Source: Raja brachyura (taxonomy: Eukaryota). Taken from it: a DNA stretch of 64,000 nt. Under the pieces are notes generated by a model, which was not told the origin of the DNA, did no database searches, and worked only from the letters and a program-made list of their open reading frames with translations. This document shows, one piece after another, positions 37,352 through 51,211 of the stretch. Where the stretch lies: assembly GCA_963514005.1 (NCBI GenBank), contig CAUPSL010000303.1, positions 248,001-312,000 of the forward strand, written 5' to 3'. A program made the position numbers and the translations under genes. Positions within the stretch are counted from its first letter, which is position 1, and each line of letters opens with the position of its first letter.

Positions 37352-39489
37352 GTAAGAACATTAAATATTCTTTCATGGATCATCATTATCTTCTGTTGTT
37401 TCCATTTTAATCATTATGACTACATCACATATTCCAAGATGCTTAAACTTTCTTTGTTTAGTGGTGTTGCTCTAAGTAATCACGTAATCAGCACCCACTC
37501 TCCACTTGAGCAGAAGACTTTGTCAACAGAAAATTTATCAAAATAAATAAATAACTAATATACAAGGAAGGAGTATTTGGGTTTCTCAGTGGTGGAACTG
37601 AAATCCCAGAAATGTATGTTTAAATAAAAAATGAATCTTTCCTCATGATGTGATTAACAGCAAGGCACTGGGGGAGTACATGCCCCAATCCAAATCAATG
37701 GTCCGAAGTGGAAATGATTGAGAGCTTCATGTTCCTTGGCATGAATATATACAATATTCTGTCATGGACTGACCACATAGCCAAGGAGGCACACCGACAC
37801 CTCTACTTCCTCAGGAGACTGAGAACATTCATAATGTCTCTGGCGACTCTAGCAAACATCTATAGATGCCGCTAGAGAAAGCATGTTGTTGGGTTGCATC
37901 ACATCTTGATTTGGGAACTGCACTGTATAAGACAGCAAGAATATACAAAGAGTTAAAGATCGTCACACAAGCCACTATTGAGTCAATCTACACCAGGTTG
38001 CCTTGGTCCACCCTGGTCATTCCTCCTTCCTGCTCCCATCACACAATTGGTACATGAAGTTGAAAATATGCACTGCCAGGCTCGGGAACACCCCCTTTCC
38101 ATCTGTTATCAGGCTTCGGAAGGGTCCTTCCATAATGTAGGTTTAATGCCCGATTCACCTCAACCTCATTGCACATTGAACATTGTCTATGGAACGGATG
38201 CGTTACAATGCTGAGAACTATATTCTGTACTCTGTATCCTGCTCTTTGCTCTATCTATTATTTTGTATTTGTATTTATGTATAGTCTTATCTAATTTCTT
38301 TGGATAGCATACAAACAACACCTTTTCACTGTGTCTTGAAACATCTGGCATTAATAAAACTAAACCTAATGAAGCAAGTTCCGTGACGCAAGTTACAGCT
38401 TCTGCAACGAACAATATAACTGCCTGACAAACAGTGATCATACCAGATTGATTCAATGTATGCTGCACTAACCTACACAAATGCTCACTTTTGAAGATTC
38501 CCTCGAACAATGCACAACTAAGCAATCTGATGTTTCACTCTGAAGACTGTTGACATACTCCAAAACTTAATTTCCAACCTATCTATGTATCATCAGCAAT
38601 CTAGGCTACAGCACCATCAGTCCCTTCATCTGCTCTTAATGCCAACGATAAGTAGTTCACTTTCTTGCATTGATTCCCAACTTGCAGATGCAGTTTCCCA
38701 ACCTGAACACTCCTTTAAGACAACTCTCTGCTTGCTCTTAATTGTTTTTCCATTCATGCTAATTATTACCCCCAGTGTCATAAGCCATGTGCCTTTGCAT
38801 CAATTGATCAGATATCTTATGAAAATCCAGATATTCTGGCGACATCTGGTGGTCGGGCCATTTATTGCTAGAACCCTCGTCAGGGCAGCTGGGTCTACCA
38901 CGTGACAGAGTTTTCGTGGGAGTTGGTGATGAGTTCATCGCCAGTTAACTGGTGTGCCTGATTGCAACGGCAGGAACTTTGCTCGTTCTTAAAAAACACA
39001 CATGTGTGCAAAAACTGTATTTCTTTAAAAAACATTGATTTGTTCACGTTTGGATCTCTACAATATCTTGTATTTCTTTTGTTTCTCATTCCAATGTTGT
39101 TACCTATTCTGCTATTCCATCATTTTGTTTTAGAATTTTAGGCTGTGCACACCTGCAAACTACTGCTGCTCGAATATGCGTTGTCTACGGGTTCCTGTTG
39201 CATTTTCAAAGACTTCTAATCAATTTCTCAAACAAAGTTTGAAGAAGGGTCCCAAAACGAAACGTCCCCTGTCCATGTGTAAGGAGCAACTGCAAATGCT
39301 GGTTTACACTGAAGATGGACACAAATTGCTGGATTTACTCAGCTGGTCAGGCAGCATCTCTGGAGAAAAGGAATAGGTGGCATTTCGGGTCGAGACCCTT
39401 CTTCATCCTGAAGTCCTCAGACAGTGCCAATCTATTTAGCTGCACAGCTTAACAATTGATTTGTAAAATTATGCATTCTTATTTTTCAG

Positions 39490-39597
39490 AAGGAAATAGG
39501 AGGAAAGACAGGCACATCGGCCTTATTGCCGTGTGTGTGCTGATATTGCTGGCTATTGTCTTGGCAGTAATTGTTTGGTGGAGAAAAAAGAGGAGAG
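39490..39597 (+). CDS. MHC class I-like connecting peptide/transmembrane exon (108 bp)
   Basis: Acceptor ttcttatttttcag, donor GTAAGA. Encodes EGNRRKDRH-IGLIAVCVLILLAIVLAVIVWW-RKKRR, a TM helix with a basic stop-transfer signal, phase 1 at both ends. Confidence 0.9.
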
Positions 39598-41318
39598 GTA
39601 AGATGTTGCTAATAAAGGTATTGGGCTTGAATAAATGATTGATCTCAAGTAGAATAAGGCAGCAGCTACACCTGAAATGCCTCGAGTCACCAATGTCAAC
39701 TAGCCTTTGTGCTGTTGTTAAATGTTTCAGATAATCAGATATTTGAAAATTGTGAATTCAGAGTAAAATAAAAAGGTAGACATTATGGATTAATTGCACC
39801 AAATCCTAGAGATATCATTGAAAAGTACAGCATGCCAGCAGTCCTTTTGGCCCACTGAGTCCATGCCAACCACCTGTTCTCATGAATTCTATCTCATTGC
39901 ACCTTCTCATCCAGTCACCCACCCACTAGGGGTAATTTACAGTGGCCAATTAAACTATAAACTGAACCATCTTAGGATGTGTGAGGAAACCGGAGCCCCT
40001 GGAGGGATCCAATGCGGTTACACGGAGAATGTGCAAACTCCACATAGATGGCACTCAAGGTGAAAATTGAACCCGGGTCTGTGTTGCTGTGAGGCATCAG
40101 CTCTACTAGTTGTGACACTGTGCTGCTCTGTTGGGGCTCGCACTGCTCATAATCCAAGTCAGCTACGAGGCAGATTGGTTGCAGTTTAACATTAACTAGT
40201 TTAGTTTAGTTTAATTTAGAGAAACAGGCTCTTCGGCCCACCGAGTCTGCGCTGACCAGCAATCCCCACACATTAACACTATCCTACACACACACACCAA
40301 GCCAATTAACCTACATACCTGTAAGTCTTTGGAATGTGGGAGGAAACCTTAGATCTCGGAGAAAACCCACGGGGGGGAACGTACAAACTCTGTACAGACA
40401 GCATATGTAGTCAGGATTGAACCTGGGTCTCCGGTGCTGCAAGCACTGTAATGCTGCAACTCTACCGCTGCGCACAGTGGCCGCCTCCGTGGCCACGGTT
40501 ACAGGAAGACTCAAAATTGTGGGAATGTGAGTAGTGGTGGGAAAAATGGTTCAAGGTGGAAAGCCGATTGAATGAGCAACAACATGACAGGTGGATTACA
40601 ATGTGAAACAGGGCAGCATGGAGTCAGGGACCTGAATTAAATACCAACATTGGCTGTTATATCTGTAGACTTTGCATGTTGTTCCTGTGACCATGTGGGT
40701 TTCCCCAGGTGCTCTGGTTTCCTCCCACATCCCCAAAACATGGTTTGGTTGGTTAGTTGTCCCCTAGATTGTGCATGATACAATTTGTGGAGAGCTGATG
40801 AGAATGTGGGACAAATGTAGGATTAGTGTACATGAATGGTTGGTGCAAACTCAATGGGACAAAGGCCATGTTGGTGTATTTCCATGCCTCTTTATGGTGT
40901 AGAAAGATGCTGACTATTTTTGAATTATAAGATTGGGAAAGACTGCGAGGGGCAGTAACTCTGAGTAACTCAGCAGGTCAGGCAACATCCCTGGAGACCA
41001 TGGAAAAGTGGTATTCTGGTTCGAGAATCTTCTGGCAAATTACAATGGGTATTCCTCCGGTTAAGTCTGACCGTAGTGTGTAGATGCACCTCAACCACTG
41101 ACTTGCTCAACAAGTGCCACAATTAGTTGAATAAAAGTATGTTTGGAGTAACATGCAGCATCCTTAAAATCTACCATTTCCCAAATCCCAAGAGAGCTGG
41201 ATGATCAAGGTTTAAGTGTAAATTCAGTCATCTATATCACTAGTTTCTTGCCTGTGATCACAATGTTGTAAGAGATATTCTGGCGATGAATTGCAGTTCA
41301 CTTTCCTCCTGTGTATAG

Positions 41319-41360
41319 GAGTTATTGTGTTGAATATAACAAGTGGAAGGGAAAGTCAAT
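41319..41360 (+). CDS. candidate cytoplasmic exon (GVIVLNITSGRESQ)
   Basis: Acceptor ctttcctcctgtgtatag, 42 bp, phase 1-1, weak donor GTAGGA. If not spliced it reads on to CRI-stop (TAG 41369-41371). Confidence 0.35.
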
Positions 41361-44300
41361 GTAGGATTTAGAGTTTGTACATAAGGCAGCGTGGTAGTTC
41401 AGCTGGTAGAACTGCTACCTCACAACGCCAGAGACCCAGGTTCAATCTGGACCTCGGGTACTGTCTATGTGGAGTTTGCATATTCTCCTTGTGACAATGT
41501 GGGTTTCCTCAGGGAGCTCTGGTTTCCTCCCATATCCCAAAGATGAGCGGGGTTTGCATGTAATCATCCTCTGTAAATCACTCTGATAGTGTAGGGAGTG
41601 GATGGGAAATCTATTATGAATAGGTGATTGCTGGTGAGTATGGATTTGGTGGCACAAAGGGCCTGTTTACACACTGCATCACTGTTGTCAAGATAGTTAG
41701 ATTTAGCTTTTAGGGCTAAGGGAATCAAGGGATATGGGGAAAAAGCCAGAATGGAGTACTGATTTTGGATGATTAGCCATGATTTTATTGAATGGCGGTG
41801 CTGGTTCGAAGGGCCGAATAGTCTATTCCTGCACCCATTTTTTATGTTTCTATCTTTCTATTAAATAAACTAAATTGGAAGACAGAAGGTATTGACTGAT
41901 GCATCTTCATGCCAGCTGTAAATGTCATAAACTGTAAGAATTGATTGCAAATGTTATATAATATTATAAACAAAACTGGGTGATCAAAATGACAAGATGG
42001 ATGAAGAGCAGAGTTTTCATTGAAATAACAGACGTGCTGCTTTCTCGAGCACTTGGCCTTGTTTGTTTCATATTTCCTCTTCAAAATACAATGTTCCCTG
42101 GCATTGCTGGTCTGAGACACCTAGCAGCAAGTATATTTCCTGAAACGGGGGTTCTACTTTCATGGTATCAAGATGTCTAGCAGTTCCAGCACCCAGATCA
42201 GAACCAGGACATTTCTCACCTTAACCTCTCGCAAAAACCAAAAATGCAGCAACAATTTAGTCATTGAACATCAACAACATGCACATTTGAATTGAGGCAA
42301 TGGTTAGCTTATGATCACTGTCAACCAGTCGTGGTCATGCCTTTCCCATTGTGGTCACTATACGTGAGGGTGATTAACTAACATTTAGCAATGAAACAGA
42401 AAGGAATTGGCTTTCCAAACCCACTGAGCCATAGCGTAATTCGGCATGGAAACAGGTCCTTTGCCTCAACTTGGCCTTGCCAACCAAGATGCCATGTTTA
42501 AACTAGACCGCTGTTCCTACAATTGACCCATATCTCACTGAACCTTTCCTATCTACAGTATGTACCTGTCCAAGTGTGTTCTAAATCCTTTTTTAATATC
42601 TGCCTCAACTCCTTCCCCTGGAATGTTGTTCCATATTTCCACTTCCTCTGGTTCCAAGTAACTCGTTTCCTTCTCACCTTAAACCTAAGTCCTCTGGTTC
42701 TTGATTACACAAGGCTGGTTAAAACATTCTGTGCATTAAATCTATCTATGCTCCTTAATTTTATAAACCTCCATAAGATCACCCCTCAGCCTCTTGCGTG
42801 CCAAAGAATAGAGCCCAAGCATGCCCATCCTCTCCCTGAATCTCAGGCCCTGTTAATGACATCCTTCCGATAGTGGGGTGACAACAACTTAACACAATAC
42901 TCCATATGTGGCCTCACCAACATCTTGTACAACTGTAGCAGAACATCCCAACTGTTTTATTCAGTACCATGACATGTTATTGATGTTCACGATTATTCTG
43001 ATCTTTGTGCCTGTCCATTTTGTCTTTGTCACATTTTACTTGGTTTATGATATTGTACAAGATTTGCAATCACACCTCCCAATTGACTAAAATTATCCCA
43101 ATTAACTAAATGCCTACTATGGCATTTAACTTATTGCATTATATTCAGTGCAGGGTACAAGCTGCAGTTTTTTTAAAAGGGCAGGTTTTTATTACACACT
43201 ATGTGGTGTGTGCCTGGAAAGCACTGCCAGGGATGGTGGCGTCTGGGGTGTACCTTCGTGTGTGCATGGAGATGCAGTGGTTGGAGGGACATGAATCATT
43301 TGCAGGCAGGTACTGCCTAACTGATGTCTGTCTGACTGATCTGGAGGCATTTCAATGGGATCTGATGGTCAGGCAGGGAATACTTCCAGTGACCCAATGG
43401 TGCTGAGTTCGCTGAATTTTACGATGCATGGGAATGCCCCTCTAATAGAGGAACAGGTCCTTTGTCCAACACCGTTTGTGCTGAACATGACGCAACCTGA
43501 GGCAGAGTGGCGCAGCTGATAGAGCTGCTGCCTCAGAGCGTCAGAGACATCAGTTCAATCCTAACCTCGGTTGTCGGCTGTGTGAAGGTTGCATGTTTTC
43601 CCTATGACCGCATGGGTTTCCACTGTACTCCAGTCTCCACATACATACTAATGATGCCAGGGTTTATGGGTTAATTGGTCTCTGTAATTTGACCCTAGTG
43701 TGGAAACGAAAGTTGGATGACATAGAACTTGTGTGAACGAAAGTATTTGAAGGAGTATTGAGTTTTTGATTATTCCGAGAGAGAGCATTGAAACAGACAC
43801 TTCGGCCCACTGAGTCCACACCAACCAACGATCACCCACATTAGCTTGGGACACAAGTCAATTAACATACAAACCTGCACGTCTGTCTTTGGAATGTGGG
43901 AGGAAACTGGAGCACCCGGAGAAAACCTATGCAGTCACATGGATAAGGTACAAATTCCGTACAGACATCACGCTGTCAGGATCAAACCCGGGTGTCTGGC
44001 GCTGTGCCATTATATCTGGAAGGTAGATGTTACATGCGATGAATCAACAGTTAAAGCGAATAAACAAGTTGCATTTTCTGAGTTCTGTTCCCTGCCATTT
44101 CTTAGTTGTGTAATATTTAATTTCCATCCTCAGATGATCAAAATATTCAACCAAACCAGAACGTGCACTGCTGACCAATCGCTGAGTAGTAGATTTCATG
44201 GATGTGATTAAAATACAGGAACTGAAATAAATGGAAAGAGTTAAATTAAGTTCATCAAACATGACAGAAATTCTCAATAGACTGCCGTGGATTTGTACAA

Positions 44301-45129
44301 ATTAGAGCTATCTAGCAATTTATGTTGATAATAGCTGATATGACTGAGGCTTCAACTCCTTCAATGTGCTTATTCCACACAATTCCCTGTTCTTTTAGAA
44401 TATATCCACGGATTATCCACCAATTCACCACCCCACCATGCCTCTTTAATACATTCATATGGTTCACTCTGTTTCTTGTCATCTCCAAGGGACACAGAAC
44501 CAGTGATTTCAGCCATTCATTGTTAGGCATATTCCAGAAATCTCTTCAGGGTGATATCCAATATTAATATATCCTTTCTTAAATCTGAGGACCAAGCTGT
44601 GCACAGTGCTCCTGATATGTCCTTAGCAACATAATGTACCATAATTACAATAGTAACCTACCTTTGAATGCCAATATGCTAATCACCTTCTGAGTTGTGT
44701 GCTGCACCTACCTGCTGGCATTTTTTTTTGCACTTTAAGCACTTGAATCTCTTGTACTCCACTAATTTGCCATCTCACTCCATTTAGATAATAGCTTCCT
44801 TTTAATTGCTCTTACCAGTGTGCGTGAGCACATATTTTCCATTATTAAACTCCATTTGCCATGTTTATGTTCATCTAACAAAGAGTCATAGAGCCATATA
44901 GCACGGAAGCAGGTTCCTCCGCCTAATGCTCCAAGCTGAACAAAATGCTATATTTAGGTCACATCTGCCAGCATTTGGCCCACTTTCCTCTCAACAGGTT
45001 CTATCCATGTACCTGTCCAAGTGTCTTTTCAATGTTGTTATTCTACCTTCTCTGGCTTCATCCAGTAACCTCTTAATAGAAAAAGTTGTCTCTCAGGTTC
45101 CTACTAAATCTTCCTTCTCACCTTAAACC

Positions 45130-45746
45130 CAGGGGTGCAGTGCTGCCGGAGCTGACCGGAGCACCGATCCGGCAACTCAGTTTAAAAAATATAATAAACA
45201 GCGTGGAATTTTAACTAGCGGATGTGTGATCGGGGTATCCTTATTAAAAGAGGGGTAAGGGGAAGAACCATCACTACTGAGGTTCCCTGTTGGAGGGGGA
45301 GCACTAGGATGCAGCAGAGTCTGGCCATGTGATGTGTGCATTGTTTGTGGTTGTGGGCCTGTTGATGAGACTGGAACTCGGGTGGGTGGGTGAGTGGGTG
45401 TGAGGGTGAGTGTGTGTGTGTGTGTGTGTGAAGGCCCAGAGCTGCGGGATAGTCAGGGTGCGTCGGTGTGTTGCCGGCTCCTCTGTAAAAATACATGACA
45501 ACCGTATATCTCTTTACTTGCTTCATAATTATAGTTTGTGATAATCAGTGAGTGCAATCGTGCAATATTTTGTCATTATTAAATTAAGTATTATATGTTT
45601 GAATGTACTATCTATACACTGGGATGTAGTGATAGGCTATAATCTTGTTTGACCCTCTAGGGAGACTATCTTGCCCCCCCAGCAAAATCTGAAATGACGC
45701 CGCAGTTTGATAGCTTTGACACCTAAAGAATTAGCATTGAACACTG
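45130..45746. mobile_element. hAT-like non-autonomous DNA transposon
   Basis: Ends CAGGGGTGCAGTGCT / AGCATTGAACACTG, 8-bp flanks CTTAAACC and CTTACACC (7/8 match). It interrupts an old CR1 fragment. Confidence 0.7.
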
Positions 45747-46139
45747 CTTACACCTGTTTTTGCTGGTTCTTGATACCCTACCCTGGGTAAAATAAATCCT
45801 GGTCAATCACCCTCATGATTTTAGAAAGCTCTCTCAGATCACCAATTAAATGGTTTCAATTATAGATAGAGTAAGACTTTGTGGTTATTTCCAACAAGAA
45901 TTTTAGACTAAAGAAAGGCCAGTGGAAGCACTTGGTCAAAGAGCATCTGTGGAGGCAAGTGACATATACCAACATTTCAAGTCAAGGCACTGCATTAGAT
46001 TTGAAGGAGAGGATGGCCAGATTCTAACAGGTTGAAGGAGGAATGGGACAGAGGCTGGTAAGTGGCAGGTGGAATCAGCTGGGAAGGGGATGATGGGCAG
46101 ATGGAGCAAAGTTAGTGTAGGGGTGGTTGTGGGAGAACA

Positions 46140-46470
46140 AATGAACACCAGTGGTATGGATAAGCTGAAATGTGAAACCTTTATATTCATACCATCGGCT
46201 TGTAAGGTACCCAGGTGGATTATCAGACATTTTACTTGAAACTTTCAGTGCCCATGGTTAACGACAGATGGGTCAGTGTGAGAGTGGGAAAAGGGGTTAA
46301 AATACCATACAACGTCTCAGGATTCTGTTTACTTCAAAGGGTAGGTGCTCTACAAAATGGTTGACGTCTAAGCTAGTTTCTCCAATGTAGAGAAGACCAC
46401 AGTGTGAGCAGTGAATGCAGTAGGGAAATTTGAAAGAGGTGCAAGTGAACCTCTGTCTCACCTGAAAAGT
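46140..46470 (-). mobile_element. degenerate Penelope-like fragment
   Basis: Reverse complement resembles the GIY-YIG region of the two + strand PLE copies (CAGGTGAGACAGAGGTTCACTTGCACCTC). Confidence 0.6.
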
Positions 46471-47262
46471 TTATTCTCCTGTGGTTCACCTCTTCTTCCT
46501 CCTCTCCTACCTGTTTCCATTTACCCATTATCCTCTCCCCACCTGCTTCTACATTTTATTCACCAGCCTCGCCCTATTCCTCCCTGCCATCCTCTTCCCT
46601 CACATGCCGGGTGCAGGTTCTTGACCCTATTTGTGATATCAACAATTTGTCCCAATAATTTTGCTTGAGCCATTGAATGTTTTCAGTCTTCTGTTTTTAG
46701 TTGGAGATTCCATTAGCTACAGTCATTATTGGATAGAATATATTTTGTTTTAACATTGCATTTATTCTGAGACTCAGCACCAATAAATGTTGTTACAAAA
46801 TGCTTGGTTATTTGATTATGTCAAAACGTCTTGATTGTTTGTACTTTGTACATTTCTAATCTAATGCAAAGAATTTATCATCTATATGAATATAAAATTG
46901 CCCACAGTGATTGGTGGCACAGTAATCAAGTTCATTTTATGTGGCTGATTTGGAACAAGTGCTGCTCTTGTGATTTAACCTAATAATAGTTGCCTGTAGA
47001 ATGTGCTTGATGAATAGACCATTGAGTACAAGATTTTTGGAAATAGATGGGCATGAAATTCAAGTAAACACATTGGATTGCACCCTGCTTCATGTTGCAA
47101 AGTGAAGGCAAGATATATGGAATATGCAAGATATAATATGAAAGATATAATATGCAAGGCAAATAATTAAATTGTCGTTAAGAAAATGTAATGCCTCCAT
47201 TTATTTGCAACAGCATCAATCACAGTTATCTTACGTCAAAGTTGATTTTGTATTTTTTACAG

Positions 47263-47282
47263 AAAGAATGGGAACAAAATGA
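47263..47282 (+). CDS. candidate terminal exon (ERMGTK-stop if joined to the TM exon), followed by putative 3' UTR
   Basis: Strong acceptor ttgattttgtattttttacag, then a short phase-1 frame ending in TGA, then ~0.8 kb of AT-rich non-repeat sequence. Confidence 0.4.
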
Positions 47283-50200
47283 TCAAAAATGAATTGGCAG
47301 TCAACGTAATACAAGGTTGTAGTGGAAACAAGTGTGTAGAAACAGGCCACTCTGCCTATCCTGTCAACACTGCTGCATATAGTCCACATGAGCCTCTTCC
47401 CACCTTATGCGATCTGCAAAATAGTTGGCTAGTCTATGCTGGATTCTCCAATGTAGAACCGACTGTTCCTTTCTCTTTTGTGTTTGCCCAGCCTTCCCCT
47501 AAATGCAATTAATTGATCTGGATCCTCATTCTCACCAGCATTGGGTGGGAGGGGAGTAGAGGGAGCATTCTCTGTAGAATTCCCTGCTGGATTTTATGGT
47601 GGAAATGCTTTCACCAAAGTGCTTTATTTAAAACCTTTATGTATTTTAACATCACCCTTCAGCCACTTCTCAAAGGGGTGGAGGGCAGGGGGTGGAAGAC
47701 TTACCCGGGGAGATTCGATGACCATGTTATGTTTATTTTATCCAAAAACGTTTTTAATATAGGTTAGTACATTTTTAGTGCAGTGCTTATCAACACAGTA
47801 GTATTCATTTTTTTGCATCTTGAGTAAACACATTGAAATGAGTTATTTCTGATTTGTCCTTGCTTTGTGAACAGCAAACCAATGTATGCATCTGTCTTAT
47901 CTGCAAAAAAGGCACAGGCACCAGGGTATATTTTCCTTTTAAGTTATCATGCTCGTCAATGCAGAGGAAATGTGGCCAGGATAAATACAAAAATGTTGAA
48001 ATACAGCATATAAAATTAATAGGAATTCAGGCATTTAAGCCTCAACTATTATTCCATGTGATAAATTGTGACCCACATTTATTACCTTGATCCTTTTATT
48101 TCTCCTCATCATCTGTGATCCTTTGACCATACAAATAACATATAACTGCTTGAATAAATGTAATGATCTGTGTTCAACTGCTTCCAGTGGTATAACATTC
48201 CACACGTTCATCATTCTGTGGGAGAAGTAATCGCTCTTCATCTCAACGTTATGCCTGAGCTTCAGATTCTGACTACTGGGTTCTGAACTGACCTGATTTC
48301 CCTCTTGAATATATGTATGGGTACATATATACACATATATGTCTGTGTACCCGCGAGTACGCGTGTATATATATGCACACTGATTTTTTTTCCTCGTTTT
48401 TCATATTGTTTACCGTGTACTATGTTTACATATTCCGTGTGCTGCTGCGAGTAAGAATGTCACTGTACTATCTGGGACAAATGACAATAAAACACTCTTG
48501 GCTCTCTTGAATCTGTACAGACCCTTAAGAATTTTGTAGTTGTTTTAGAATGGTCCTAATCTCAGATGTAAAACTAATCGCCCATATTGTCCATCATACA
48601 TTAGTCCTCCCATCCCTGAAATCTGATGACCATTCAGAACACTCCCTCCATAACCAGAACATTCTTCCTAAGAGCAGGAGACAAAAACTGCAGATGTTGT
48701 GGTCTTGCCAAGTATATTTCTCAGAATAACATGATGTATCTTTAGAAAGGGATCAGGAGGAATCCCTTCAGTCAGAGGGTGGTGAATCACAAATTAATTT
48801 CTTGGAGCTGTGGAAAGTGATCAATCCTTGATGGGAAGAATGGATGGGGAGGCCGTTCACGTTGCTGGAGGGTTTGAGGGCTAGATGTCACAGGGAGAGA
48901 GGACGAGGAATTTTATGCAATGTGGGTTTGGAATTTCAAATGTATGCCACGTAGATGTTGTGTAGTTGGGTCCATTATGCCCTTAATGCATTGCAAAAGA
49001 TAAACAGGGTTTTCACCTAAGATTAAATGTTCTGCTAACAGCACCGAATGGTAAGCAAGTAGGCTGGCTTTGGGAAACGATTAAATGCTTGAGAAAATGC
49101 CTGGGCTCGCTTATAATAACTGGGTAATTATGGAGCAGCCTACAAGGATATTTACAGTGCAATGAAAGGATAAGATAAACTTTTCTTTCTAAGAGACATG
49201 CAAGAATAGCTCGCTGCTTGACTTAATGAAGAACCTTTGAAAGACAGTGGCTGGGCCCGCAAGATCTCCATACCAGCCGTCATAAATAGGAGTCTCCAAT
49301 GGGCAGAAGAATGAAACTTGATGGTATTTGCCACTGCTTCTATCATTTAACACATTGAGCCGAAAGCTATGAGACTCGTTGCTTTTTTTTAATGCTTTGT
49401 CATGTAATTTGATACAATAAAGATAATAATTTGTACCCCTGAAACTTTCTTGCTCCGTTCATGGATCCGAATCCTATTTATGTTTCATTACAAAGAGAGA
49501 ATTGGATACACTTATTGTGAGCAGAAAAATGCAAAAGTACAGTCGAAGGGCTGGGGTTGAACAAGTGACTTTCTCCAGTAGAGATGTGGCATTGGCCTGA
49601 TAGGATGAATGGTCTCCATCAGCACAGTAAACATTTAAATGATCCATTGTTTTGTATTTATCATTGTATATCAAATAAACTTAGGGATACGGATGGAGAA
49701 ATATTTTGGCCTGTTTACATGGTGCAAAAGAACCCACCCCAGAACAATAAATAGTTGTGAATTTACACTTAATATTATTTGTCACTGAAGCAGAGTGCAG
49801 AGGTTCTCAAATTAATTGAAGAAATGGTATTAAGGCGACTGTATAGAAAATGATGGGTCTTGCTTGGCAGCAAGATGTGAGCAGTATTGTAGTGGTAGTG
49901 ATGAGGTGTTTTGGTGGCAATTATCATAATTTAGCATGATTAAAGTAGAAATGTGCACTAGGGACGCAGTTTCGCAGCTGAGGCGAAAACATCTGCAAGA
50001 CTGCAACATAGTTTAACAGAAATGTAATACAAAATGTAATAAAATAGGGCAAACGAATGGTAACAGTTAACAGATTTATTGCGATACTAGAAACGGCAGA
50101 TCGTTGAGCAAAACCGTTGACAGTGGGTCAGGCAACATCTGTGGGATGGAATGAACCAACGACTTTTCAGGCTGGAACTCTTGTTCGGACTGGTGACTTC

Positions 50201-51211
50201 AAAACGTAGTCAGTCGATTCCCACCACAGATGCTGCCTGGCCCACTGAATTCTTCATGCACTTTGTTTTTAACACACCAGCTGGAAAGAGTCGAGAAGAT
50301 TTACAAGGAGACTAATTGTCGCATTTGACGTCTCTAGAAAAGCATAGATATGCAGGGAAAGGGGTGGATATGGAACATGTGTTGGTAGAGCAGATTAGTT
50401 CAACTTGGCATCACGTTCGGAACAGAAGGTGTGGACCCACGGGCCTGTTCCTATGCTGAACTGTTCTGCATGTCAGCGAGTCTATGTTCAGTGAGGGTGA
50501 TGTTGAGAAGGCTCTGATTTCATTCCTTAGAGTGCAAAAGGATGGGGTGATCTGAAAGAGGTTTACTAAATTATGAGATCAATCAATCGGGTAAATGAGC
50601 ATGAGTTTTTGCCCACAATATGGGACTGGAGAACTAGAGGATATTGATTTATGGTGAGAGCGGGTGAGTGTGGAGATTTAATAGGAACCTGGGGATAATA
50701 TTTTTACATAACGGGTGGTGGGTATATGGAACGAGCTGCCAGATGAGGAGGTTGAGGCAGGTACTATCATAACAATTAACAGACAATTGGACAGGTACAT
50801 GCATGGGATGGGTTTTGAGGGTTATGAGCCAAGTGTGGGGAGTTGGGACTAATATATATGGGGCATGCTGTGCCGAAAAGCCTGTTTCAACGCAGTGTGA
50901 TTCGATGACTCAACCCCACTTTGGCACCTTACACATCTTACTTGGGGCAATTAACGTGTAAACCTGCACGAGTTTGGAATGTGGGTGGAAACCAGCGCCC
51001 GGAGAAAACCCACGCAGTCAGTGTGAACGTACGACCTTCACACAGACAGCATCCGTCGTCGGGATCAAACCCGGGTCTCTGACGCTGCGAGGCATCCGTT
51101 TGACTGCTGCGAAGCTGCCCTTAATTTTTGTTTGTAATTTCTGATTTAAATCAAGGATTTTGGTATAGATATGAGTTCCATGTTTAGGAAATGTGTGAAT
51201 GACAGCAAAAT

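Larger units (their letters stand above)
594..39597 (+). pseudogene. MHC class I-like heavy chain (non-classical), spliced, with one premature TGA in alpha2; pseudogene, null allele or sequence error
   Basis: Five exons (leader, a1, a2, a3, TM) join in frame through phase-1 GT-AG introns, the canonical class I organisation. The only lesion seen is TGA at 36086-36088. Confidence 0.85.
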
